Shown here piece after piece: positions 7,612-14,285 of a stretch of DNA of 14,285 bases. Within the stretch, counting starts at the first letter, position 1, and each line of letters begins with the position of its first letter. Source of the DNA: an uncultured archaeon. GTDB taxonomy: Archaea > Asgardarchaeota > Thorarchaeia > Thorarchaeales > Thorarchaeaceae. Below the pieces are notes generated by a model. That model was not told the DNA's origin. It saw only the letters and a list, made by a program, of their open reading frames with translations, and did not search any database. The DNA lies in contig CAZVZC010000030.1 of assembly GCA_964631415.1 (NCBI GenBank), forward strand, positions 1 through 14,285, given 5' to 3'. Made by a program: the position numbers and the translations under genes.

Positions 7612-8096
7612 ACGAACACCATAGGACTGAATCGCTTCGCCTGGTCGAGACAGTGCTCACGAAGTGCACTCATGGATGCGTCGACTTGACCATCCTTGAC
7701 ATCGATGAGATGCGTGATGCTCGACGCTTTGCGAATCCAGCCCTGTCGCGCAGCTGCGCGGATGTCATAGCGCTCGGTGTTGGCTGGACCGATATCTTCC
7801 CAGAGAAGGTCTCCGGCGCCATCGTTCAGCGTGTAGCCGGTTGTCCTGGTGTACTGAGGGAACTGAGGTTCTGTGGCGCTCGAGGTCCCTGCAATAACGC
7901 ACTGGTACAAACGACCATTCGCGACCGTCGGGATGATGATGTCACCAACGACGAAGGCTGTGGATGCTGTCCACGTTGTCCATCGAGCGTGGTCGTCGAC
8001 GAGCTGCTGTAGTGCAGTTGAGTCGAGGAATGGATATTGATCGCTGGCAACCATCCAAGCGAGACGGTCCAGTGCTTGCGTGCGAGTGTATGGCAT
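7608..8096 (-). CDS. Head-tail adaptor/connector (HK97 gp6 / SPP1 gp15-like) with inserted carbohydrate-binding-module-like segment
   Basis: First gene after the capsid gene. Helical N-terminus and YDIRAAARQGWIRKAS...DG...HCLDQAKRF C-terminus are typical of adaptors. Residues 42-103 are a CBM5/12-like insert. AGGA lies upstream of the ATG. Confidence 0.72.
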   Translation of the reverse strand: MPYTRTQALDRLAWMVASDQYPFLDSTALQQLVDDHARWTTWTASTAFVVGDIIIPTVANGRLYQCVIAGTSSATEPQFPQYTRTTGYTLNDGAGDLLWEDIGPANTERYDIRAAARQGWIRKASSITHLIDVKDGQVDASMSALREHCLDQAKRFSPMVFV

Positions 8097-8110
8097 GAGC
8101 GATTCCTGTG

Positions 8111-8145
8111 AAAAACAAAAAGGGAACGGGATAACCCGCTCCCCT
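8111..8145 (-). terminator. Rho-independent terminator after the major capsid gene
   Basis: Minus strand reads GGGGAGCGGG-TTAT-CCCGTTCCCT followed by TTTTGTTTTT: a GC-rich stem with G-U pairs, a 4-nt loop and a U-tract, about 20 nt after the capsid TAG. Confidence 0.88.
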
Positions 8146-8165
8146 TGACTACGAAGTCAGACAGC

Positions 8166-9461
8166 CTACGAAGCGGCAGCCTGGAGAACGATGATGGAAC
8201 CAGGAACCTGAAGTGCAGCGGATGCATCAACATTTCCAACGTCAAAACAGTTGAACGCATAGCGCTCGGTTGCCTTGAAGGTCAATGCGTCTTCGACGAA
8301 TTTCACTTGGTCAGAAACTTCGACCGTGACTCCACGACGATCGCCGAAAGCGACACCCTTGGAGAGGTCTCCAAGGACTGCAAGTGTGCGGTTTGCAGCT
8401 GTAGCGGATGGCATATTCTGAACGAACGAGATGGGGATTCCGAAGAGCGTTGGTTCAGGACCATATGCATTCTGGATGTCCATGATCGAGTTCCCAGACA
8501 GTGCAATCAACTTGTCTGCGACGCCAGAGTAGAACACGTTTTTGTGCATGTACCATCTAGGGTTTGTCGCGTATGGCTGAAGCTTGCCGACCATGTTCTG
8601 GAAGTTCGCGAGGGTAAAGCTCGAGAGGTTGGTCTGTGATCCGGAAGGACCGACGACCATCGACGCGATGTTTGCGAAGGTTCCAGAGAGAGCCTTGATC
8701 TTTGGCATGATTCCTGTGATGGAACCATACGTGGATGTACCGTCGCCCTGGAATGCAGCTGCGTCTTCAGCCTGTGCGAGGCCGTAGGCGAAGTCCTGCG
8801 CCAGTGTCGCGCCGAAGTCGATGACGGTGTCCTCGTTTAGTTCCTTGCTCACAATGGTCAGGATGGCGAGCTTCTTGGCTGCGAGTGCGACCTGCGTGAA
8901 AGCGATGTCGGATGCAGTGATTGCAGTTGCTTCACCAGGATAATAAGTCGTGGTGGAAGTGGATGCATTCGGGACATTCAGGACATCGGATGTCATCGGA
9001 TAGATGCGGCTGTAGCGACGTGCCACACCGTACTCGTTGCGAAGCCAGATCAGGCTGGACGAAACGATTTCAGGAACAGTGTATCCACCCTGTCCGTTGT
9101 CGCCTTCGGTCTGTGACTTGACGCCATTCTCAGCGCACCATCGTGCAGCCTTAGCATTTCCAAGGACTTCGCCACGGACCCACTGGCCGAAGGCGTAGGC
9201 CTTATAATTTGCCTCGTCGCGTGTGCCTGGGAATGGGTTACGGGTTACACCACCGGACTTCCATGGCTCAGACTTAGGCGCTTCAGAAGCGACAGGAGCA
9301 GGGACATTCCCGAACTCCTTGAGCATTTCGATGCGCTCAGAGAGAGACTTTGCAGCTGTGTGAAGGCGATTCGCTTCGCTCATATCGCCGCCGTTGATGA
9401 GGACTTCTTTGGCAGCAGCGATAGTAGACTGGCGCTGGCCTTCGAGTTGTTCGATTGTCAT
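8166..9461 (-). CDS. Major capsid protein, HK97 fold, with N-terminal delta-like domain
   Basis: GGYTVPE motif after a ~115-aa helical N-terminus, then GEATAITASD, KKLAILTIVSKELNED, AFQGDGT, TLFGIPI and GDLSK. ATGA-type overlap with the protease stop. Followed by a terminator. Confidence 0.95.
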   Translation of the reverse strand: MTIEQLEGQRQSTIAAAKEVLINGGDMSEANRLHTAAKSLSERIEMLKEFGNVPAPVASEAPKSEPWKSGGVTRNPFPGTRDEANYKAYAFGQWVRGEVLGNAKAARWCAENGVKSQTEGDNGQGGYTVPEIVSSSLIWLRNEYGVARRYSRIYPMTSDVLNVPNASTSTTTYYPGEATAITASDIAFTQVALAAKKLAILTIVSKELNEDTVIDFGATLAQDFAYGLAQAEDAAAFQGDGTSTYGSITGIMPKIKALSGTFANIASMVVGPSGSQTNLSSFTLANFQNMVGKLQPYATNPRWYMHKNVFYSGVADKLIALSGNSIMDIQNAYGPEPTLFGIPISFVQNMPSATAANRTLAVLGDLSKGVAFGDRRGVTVEVSDQVKFVEDALTFKATERYAFNCFDVGNVDASAALQVPGSIIVLQAAAS

Positions 9462-10450
9462 TTGGATAACTCCATTATCATGAGCTCGCGGAGGAGTGCA
9501 GACTTTGCATCTTCCACTTCGCTCGGTTGTTCGACGATGGTGACATCTTCGCTCGATACTTCGTCTCGAAGTTCGTTCCAGATGGTTTTCGCGAATCTTG
9601 TCGACTCGCTACGTGAGAGACGAACTGCATCCCGCAGACGTCGCTCCACTTCACGGATACTTGTCGGACGCTCGAGCATAGCCTTAAGGCTTTGTGCTTC
9701 CGCTGCCGGATCCTTCACTTTGCTATTCAGTTCCTTGGCACGAACTGCAAATGCATCGATGATGGCATCCACATGTCCGCTGCCGAGTCCACTGTCATAT
9801 GCAGCTGTAACACCTGCACAGAGACGCTCGTAGAGCGCCTCGAGTCCTTCGTGGACCATCTCCTTGTCAAGGTCGCCGTAGACGTTCTCGACGAATGTCG
9901 ACACGTCTTCGCCAGGAGCGACAGGAATGACCATCTCTTCTTCTTCCATAGCATAACCTTCCATGTCGCCATACATGTCCTTCAAGGACTTGACCATGTT
10001 CATCGGTTCCGCCGGCGTCGGTGTCAGCGAAGCCTCACCGATTGGCCAGCGTGTGATTTCGTATCGGCCATCAGACATCTTCTTGCGCTCGACCATGTGA
10101 CCCGTGGCGCCACTGGAATATCCGAGCTTGCCAGACTTTGCGAGTTCCTGGATCATCTTCTGATACTGATCGGCCATCTCGACCTGTGCTTCATACCAGA
10201 GACCCTTGTCGTCCATGGTGATGTATCCGGTACCGATGCGAGACTTGCCAACAGTGCGATCTTGTCCGTGATGGTAATACAGATTCATCGCGACACGGTC
10301 ACCTGACTTCATGGGACGACCGAAGTCGGTCGATGATGTGAAGTAGTCGCCCTCGAGGTCCGCGCCACCAAAGCGCACCAGGTAACCACGCACACGACCA
10401 GAGTCATCTGCTTTGATTGCATCACCGAAGCTCACCAGAGTCTGCATCAT
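9458..10450 (-). CDS. Prohead maturation protease (HK97 gp4-like serine protease) with acidic helical C-terminal extension
   Basis: VRGYLVRFG..DLEGDYF, YHHG, DDKGLWYEA, GYSSGA and EASLTPTPAEP motifs. Likely start is ATG 10450 (ATGA overlap with the upstream stop) or 10447, after GAGGGA, rather than 10543 as in the ORF track. Confidence 0.88.
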   Translation of the reverse strand: MMQTLVSFGDAIKADDSGRVRGYLVRFGGADLEGDYFTSSTDFGRPMKSGDRVAMNLYYHHGQDRTVGKSRIGTGYITMDDKGLWYEAQVEMADQYQKMIQELAKSGKLGYSSGATGHMVERKKMSDGRYEITRWPIGEASLTPTPAEPMNMVKSLKDMYGDMEGYAMEEEEMVIPVAPGEDVSTFVENVYGDLDKEMVHEGLEALYERLCAGVTAAYDSGLGSGHVDAIIDAFAVRAKELNSKVKDPAAEAQSLKAMLERPTSIREVERRLRDAVRLSRSESTRFAKTIWNELRDEVSSEDVTIVEQPSEVEDAKSALLRELMIMELSK

Positions 10451-11472
10451 AAATCCCTCAATGGCACCACGACTGCCTGTGGACCCCACAGGTCGTTTGG
10501 TACAACCCGACCGAAGTCCGATAGTGATGTCCCTGTTTCCCACATCCTATATCGCGACGGTCCGAGCACCTGGCGCCGTTGCGCTTCTGTCAACATCGCG
10601 AACTGCTCATCCCTCGTCGGAAGTTCCGGCGCTTCGTCGAACGCATCCGGGTCAAGCCCAGCGAGTTCGGCGTACGTCGGAGTGATCGGGACAATCGTAC
10701 ACCTACAGTTTGGATGCGATGGAACGATTGTCGCAACAGGGTTCGGGTCCCCGTGAAGCGCCCAACAGACCGGGCAAACGTTCACATCACCAGCGGACAC
10801 GCGCGACCAGCCCTTGACGATACTGAGGTTCGCCTCGAAGGTCTGGCGCTGTGCTTCGCGGTTGGCTCGAATCATCTCAGTGCGTGCGATGGTAGCAGCT
10901 CGTGATGGTGCGAGAGTTTCGTACGTCTTCGACATGCGACGAGCGACCTGGAGCGGGTTGAGACCCTGCGCGACACCGATGGTGACGTGGTCGCGTGCAA
11001 ATGGTCCGATGGCTTCGTACAGTGCAGCGAGCGGGGAACCATCAGCGGCGAAGCCGACGACGTTCGTGATGGCTTCGACAGGGAGTCTGTTCCAGTTGAG
11101 ATCGATGGCCATGCTCACCGAATCAGGGACACCAGCGACAGCACGCACCAGACTCTCCTGCATGTCGAGACTGAGCTGGATAGCGCTTCGTTGTCCGTTG
11201 CTGGCGATGTCGGTCGCTCGAGGAGCAAACTCCGACACCTGTCTGGCCATCTGCTCGTTCAGTGCGGCGAGTCGCACCTGGAAGTCATTGAGTCCAGTGA
11301 CGTCCTCACCCGCTGCCTGTGCTTCCTCAATGGCCTGTGTCAACTCCTCAAGGCGCTGGAGGTTGTCTGCTTGCAGGACGCTGTACGTCCTCCGCATCTC
11401 AGCGAGCGCGGAATCTTCACGAGCGCGGAGTTTATTCCGATAGGCCTCATTGACCTGATAGATGTCAGGCAT
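10447..11472 (-). CDS. Minor head / head morphogenesis protein (Mu gpF / SPP1 gp7 family)
   Basis: RAATIARTE motif, CPVCWALHG and PSHPNCRCTIVP Cys/His motifs. Overlaps the portal stop by 8 nt. Confidence 0.9.
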   Translation of the reverse strand: MPDIYQVNEAYRNKLRAREDSALAEMRRTYSVLQADNLQRLEELTQAIEEAQAAGEDVTGLNDFQVRLAALNEQMARQVSEFAPRATDIASNGQRSAIQLSLDMQESLVRAVAGVPDSVSMAIDLNWNRLPVEAITNVVGFAADGSPLAALYEAIGPFARDHVTIGVAQGLNPLQVARRMSKTYETLAPSRAATIARTEMIRANREAQRQTFEANLSIVKGWSRVSAGDVNVCPVCWALHGDPNPVATIVPSHPNCRCTIVPITPTYAELAGLDPDAFDEAPELPTRDEQFAMLTEAQRRQVLGPSRYRMWETGTSLSDFGRVVPNDLWGPQAVVVPLRDL

Positions 11473-13204
11473 CAGCGTCCGTCAGCTCGTAACCATAGTA
11501 CGGGTGATACGACTTACCGTTCTCCTTCGGCGCCATCTTCTTGAGTATCTCTTTGCGTGCAGCTGTCGACCAGCGATAGCCGGCATCACCACCCCATGCA
11601 GCCCATGCCACACGACCAGCGGACGGATAGCCATCTTCACCTGGTCGGAAACCTTCCGCCTGCTTGTCTACTTCGTGACGTCGAAAGAATGAGTACATCC
11701 GGAGTACGGTCGACTCGCTGAGTTTCTCGCCATTGATGATCTGGTTCGCTCGCGCCCATGCCACGGCTGTCCCGCCATCACGACCAGCATCACGCCATTC
11801 GATGGCGCGTTGCGCTTCTTCCTTCATATCCTTCGACGGGATGAACTTCAGTCCTGGCTCGTCTTGAGTCTGCTCGATGGCGTACGCCTTCGCTGGAGTC
11901 TGAACCGGGACCAGGAGTTCCTGTCCGCCGATCTGCACAGGGACAGCCGTCGGATGATAATAACCCTCGTCGGTGTCGGATGGCGTCACACCAGCGACAC
12001 GCTTGGCTGTGGCGAGGTCCACGATGCCGCTCTTGTATAGGCGCTCAGCACGCTCAGCGTCTTCGTTCAAGTCAGCCTGAAGCGCCGGAACATTCGACAC
12101 ATCGAACTCGAGATAATCGCCAGGCTGTGTCTCTTCGTAGTCTGGAAGGAGTGCGATGGTGAGCGCTTCGGACATCTGGCGCATCAGCGGAATCATTCCG
12201 TCGGTCCATGCGCTCCTGGTCGCTTGCTCGAGGTTGCTATAGGTAGCACGCTCGAGACCGCTGCCGAGTTGAAGGACGAGAGGATTCAAACCAAGAGCTG
12301 CACACACGCGCTCTTCCGGTTTGCGGCGAATCTCGTCGAACGCCATCTCACTTGGTTTGTGCGAAACTTGCTCGACCTTGAATGGTCCAGTCATCACCAG
12401 GACACTTCCAGCGTTGTCACCAGTGAAGTCCTGCTGTAGTTTGCGCTTCGTCTGGCGTGCATCGTCTTCGCTTAGGTCTTCGACTCCGCCCTTGTAGTCT
12501 GGTCCGACCATGATCGATGGCATGCCCCCGTTGCGGACCATACCGAACGCAGCTGATGCAGCGACGTTGTCTGTCGCGATCTCACGAAGGACAGACGTGA
12601 CAGGAGAACGACCGAAGCGAGAGTCCTGCGGATCTCGACCGTAGCGGATGTGAATGAGGTCCTCAAGCGCGATGTCGTACGACGTGCCATCGACCGTGTA
12701 CTGATACTTGACGAGAGGATTGACCTTGTTACCGACTGGACGCATCATGTCAGCCGCTAGGTACTGTAGGCCCACCACGCGACCACTGACGCGGACTTTG
12801 CGGAAGTACGCATTCCCGAGCAGTTGATAGTCTGGAAGGACCCACGACCAGACGAGCGAAGGCGGCACGTTCGGTGTTGGCTGTGCGAGCAGCTGGAGAA
12901 TCGGATGGTCTGCGACTGTCTCGACCTGTCCGTCTGGCATTGGTCGACGTACGACAGGGACACCTTGCGACCAGTTCCTGATGTACCAGTCCATACCAAT
13001 TGCGACGATGCTGTTCAGCATCAGGTCGCCAGCCTGGTTGCGCCAGTTGAAACTTGAGCCTGGAAGGTTGCGTGTCAGGAGACTCCAGAAGTCGCCGTTA
13101 CCTGTGCCTGTGAAGTAGGACGTCTGTCGCTGAATCAGCGGCGGCGGCAGGAGTGCATTTGGCGCGGCAGTGGCTTTGCCGATGAATCGGTCGAAGAGTC
13201 CCAT
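11465..13204 (-). CDS. Phage portal protein (HK97-like) with additional ~130-aa C-terminal domain
   Basis: Portal-type motifs HPILQLLAQP, LLGNAYFRK, EDLIHIRY...FGRSPV, RNGGMPS, VCAALGLNP..L and TYSNLEQ. Follows terL. Extra domain from about residue 451. Confidence 0.93.
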   Translation of the reverse strand: MGLFDRFIGKATAAPNALLPPPLIQRQTSYFTGTGNGDFWSLLTRNLPGSSFNWRNQAGDLMLNSIVAIGMDWYIRNWSQGVPVVRRPMPDGQVETVADHPILQLLAQPTPNVPPSLVWSWVLPDYQLLGNAYFRKVRVSGRVVGLQYLAADMMRPVGNKVNPLVKYQYTVDGTSYDIALEDLIHIRYGRDPQDSRFGRSPVTSVLREIATDNVAASAAFGMVRNGGMPSIMVGPDYKGGVEDLSEDDARQTKRKLQQDFTGDNAGSVLVMTGPFKVEQVSHKPSEMAFDEIRRKPEERVCAALGLNPLVLQLGSGLERATYSNLEQATRSAWTDGMIPLMRQMSEALTIALLPDYEETQPGDYLEFDVSNVPALQADLNEDAERAERLYKSGIVDLATAKRVAGVTPSDTDEGYYHPTAVPVQIGGQELLVPVQTPAKAYAIEQTQDEPGLKFIPSKDMKEEAQRAIEWRDAGRDGGTAVAWARANQIINGEKLSESTVLRMYSFFRRHEVDKQAEGFRPGEDGYPSAGRVAWAAWGGDAGYRWSTAARKEILKKMAPKENGKSYHPYYGYELTDADA

Positions 13205-13229
13205 AGTCTTATTGTGTCCTTACTGTGAC

Positions 13230-14285
13230 CTAAACTGCACCCCAGCCACCGCCACGACCGACGAGCTCGTCGTAGGCATCGGTGAGCGCGTCGACGATGT
13301 CGTCGTTCTTCCCCAGAGGGAACACGCGAAGTTCATCCAGGAGCGTTCGATTCCATTCAGCCTGGACTATGTACACATTACCGCCAGCGACCTGACTCGC
13401 GAATGGTTCAGCACGAACATCCTTCGCGCCAGTGACAGGGAGGATGTTGACTGCGCTGCCGTGAAGAAGTCTCAGCATGTGCATCGCTTGACTCTTCCCT
13501 GCCTGTCCCGGGTCCTGTGGGAGGCGCACACGCACACCGCGACCATCGAGAGCAGCTGTCTGTTTAATAGTCCTGTCTCGCTGATCTGTCTCAAACTGTC
13601 CACGCACGACATCGAGAATCCATATACGACCATCGGCATCGCGACCCATCTTCACGCCGACAGTATAGTCACCACTTCCAGCTGTCGCTGCGAGGTCCCA
13701 GGCGCGTGACATCTTCTGACAGTTTGGTATAGCGCTCTCGATGATGATGCGATCTGACTTGAAGAATGTACCCTCGCGTGGTGTTGGATGTTGCTGGTAC
13801 AAAGCACTCCACCCATAGTCTCCGGAGTTCGCGACCATGACCTCCTTGATGCGTCCGAGTTCCTTGACGTCATACCTCTCAGGCCAAAGAGCTTCACCTG
13901 GCATTCGTCCGATCTGGTCAGACTCCTCCGCGATTGCCGGCAAGTTCAGCACCGTCCATCGATGCGGCTCGCTCGAGATCGCACGGCTGGTGATGTCGTC
14001 GTGGTGCCACCTGGTCGAGACGATGATGAGAGCGCCCTTCGGTTCGAGCCTCGTGTAGAGGTCGTCGGTGTACCAGTCCCAGGCCTTGTCACGGTACAGC
14101 GCGGATTCAGCATCCTCGCGACTCCTGATAGGGTCATCGATGATGATGCGCTTAAAGCCGACACCGGTTGGAGGAGAGCCAACGCCACGCGCCATGAAGG
14201 TTCCTCCTTCAGGCATCGACCACTCATCCTGTGCGGCATTGTCTTTTGACAGTTTAGTCCTGGACGAAACGACCTGTCTGGACTT
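13230..14285 (-). CDS. terL: Phage terminase large subunit (5'-truncated by window edge)
   Basis: Frame stays open from 14285 (KSRQVVSSRTKLSKDNAAQDEWS-MPEGG...), so the ORF-track start at 14216 is internal. Shows GVGSPPTGVG followed by Walker B IIIDDP, the STRWHHDD coupling region, and RNase H-like nuclease motifs WDLAATAGSGDYTVG and KNDDIVDALT. Lies directly upstream of the portal. Confidence 0.96.
   Translation of the reverse strand, partial: KSRQVVSSRTKLSKDNAAQDEWSMPEGGTFMARGVGSPPTGVGFKRIIIDDPIRSREDAESALYRDKAWDWYTDDLYTRLEPKGALIIVSTRWHHDDITSRAISSEPHRWTVLNLPAIAEESDQIGRMPGEALWPERYDVKELGRIKEVMVANSGDYGWSALYQQHPTPREGTFFKSDRIIIESAIPNCQKMSRAWDLAATAGSGDYTVGVKMGRDADGRIWILDVVRGQFETDQRDRTIKQTAALDGRGVRVRLPQDPGQAGKSQAMHMLRLLHGSAVNILPVTGAKDVRAEPFASQVAGGNVYIVQAEWNRTLLDELRVFPLGKNDDIVDALTDAYDELVGRGGGWGAV

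Larger units (their letters stand above)
1..14285 (-). mobile_element. Tailed phage (Caudoviricetes) packaging, head, neck and tail gene cluster; free phage vs prophage not determinable
   Basis: Canonical terL-portal-MuF-protease-MCP-neck-tail-TMP order on one strand. No host genes, integrase or att site in the window. Confidence 0.95.

Noticed and set aside
8146-8159. Small hairpin TGACT-TCGT-AGTCA just before the capsid terminator
   Set aside because: A 5-bp stem is too short to distinguish from chance. It is at most an accessory to the terminator.
10451-10543. 31-aa N-terminal extension of the protease in the ORF track
   Set aside because: It overlaps the MuF-like gene. The ATGATG at 10450-10445, with GAGGGA upstream and a stop overlap, is the more plausible start.
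10447-11472. MuF-fused polymorphic toxin
   Set aside because: The ~75 aa after HPNCRC show no recognisable toxin or enzyme motif, and no immunity-like gene follows. It looks like an ordinary short MuF.
9692-11544. Long plus-strand ORFs (9692-10306, 10814-11443, 10987-11544) and similar ones elsewhere (876-1256, 2232-2699, 2724-3161, 13170-13709)
   Set aside because: They lie antisense to well-supported phage genes and have no recognisable motifs. Such shadow ORFs are expected in GC-rich coding DNA.
1-14285. Stop-codon reassignment
   Set aside because: Genes are full length in the standard code, and TAG, TGA and TAA all end genes at sensible, often coupled, boundaries.
1-14285. tRNA, CRISPR array, integrase/att site, intron or intein
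   Set aside because: No cloverleaf, spaced repeats, recombinase motifs or interrupted genes were seen, and there is almost no intergenic space.

Overview
The whole window is one minus-strand, tightly coupled virion-morphogenesis operon of a tailed dsDNA phage or prophage. It is HK97-type and probably a siphovirus, since no sheath gene is seen. Reading right to left: large terminase (5'-truncated), portal with an extra C-terminal domain, Mu-F/SPP1-gp7-like head protein, prohead protease, major capsid protein, intrinsic terminator, head-tail adaptor with an inserted CBM-like module, and head closure protein. An inserted five-gene block follows: two small membrane proteins, a small acidic protein, a 696-aa beta-helix fibre-like protein with a low-GC N-terminal half, and a 118-aa paralogue of that protein's C-terminal domain. 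The operon continues with an HK97-gp10-like neck protein, tail terminator, tail tube, tail assembly chaperone with a C-CCA-AAC -1 frameshift, a short tape measure protein, and a 3'-truncated post-TMP gene missing from the ORF track. The most interesting signals are a candidate neck- or head-displayed glycan-binding/degrading apparatus and a portal-fused domain flanked by possible K-A/K-S maturation sites. All family calls come from motif recognition and gene order by eye; no database searches were run.
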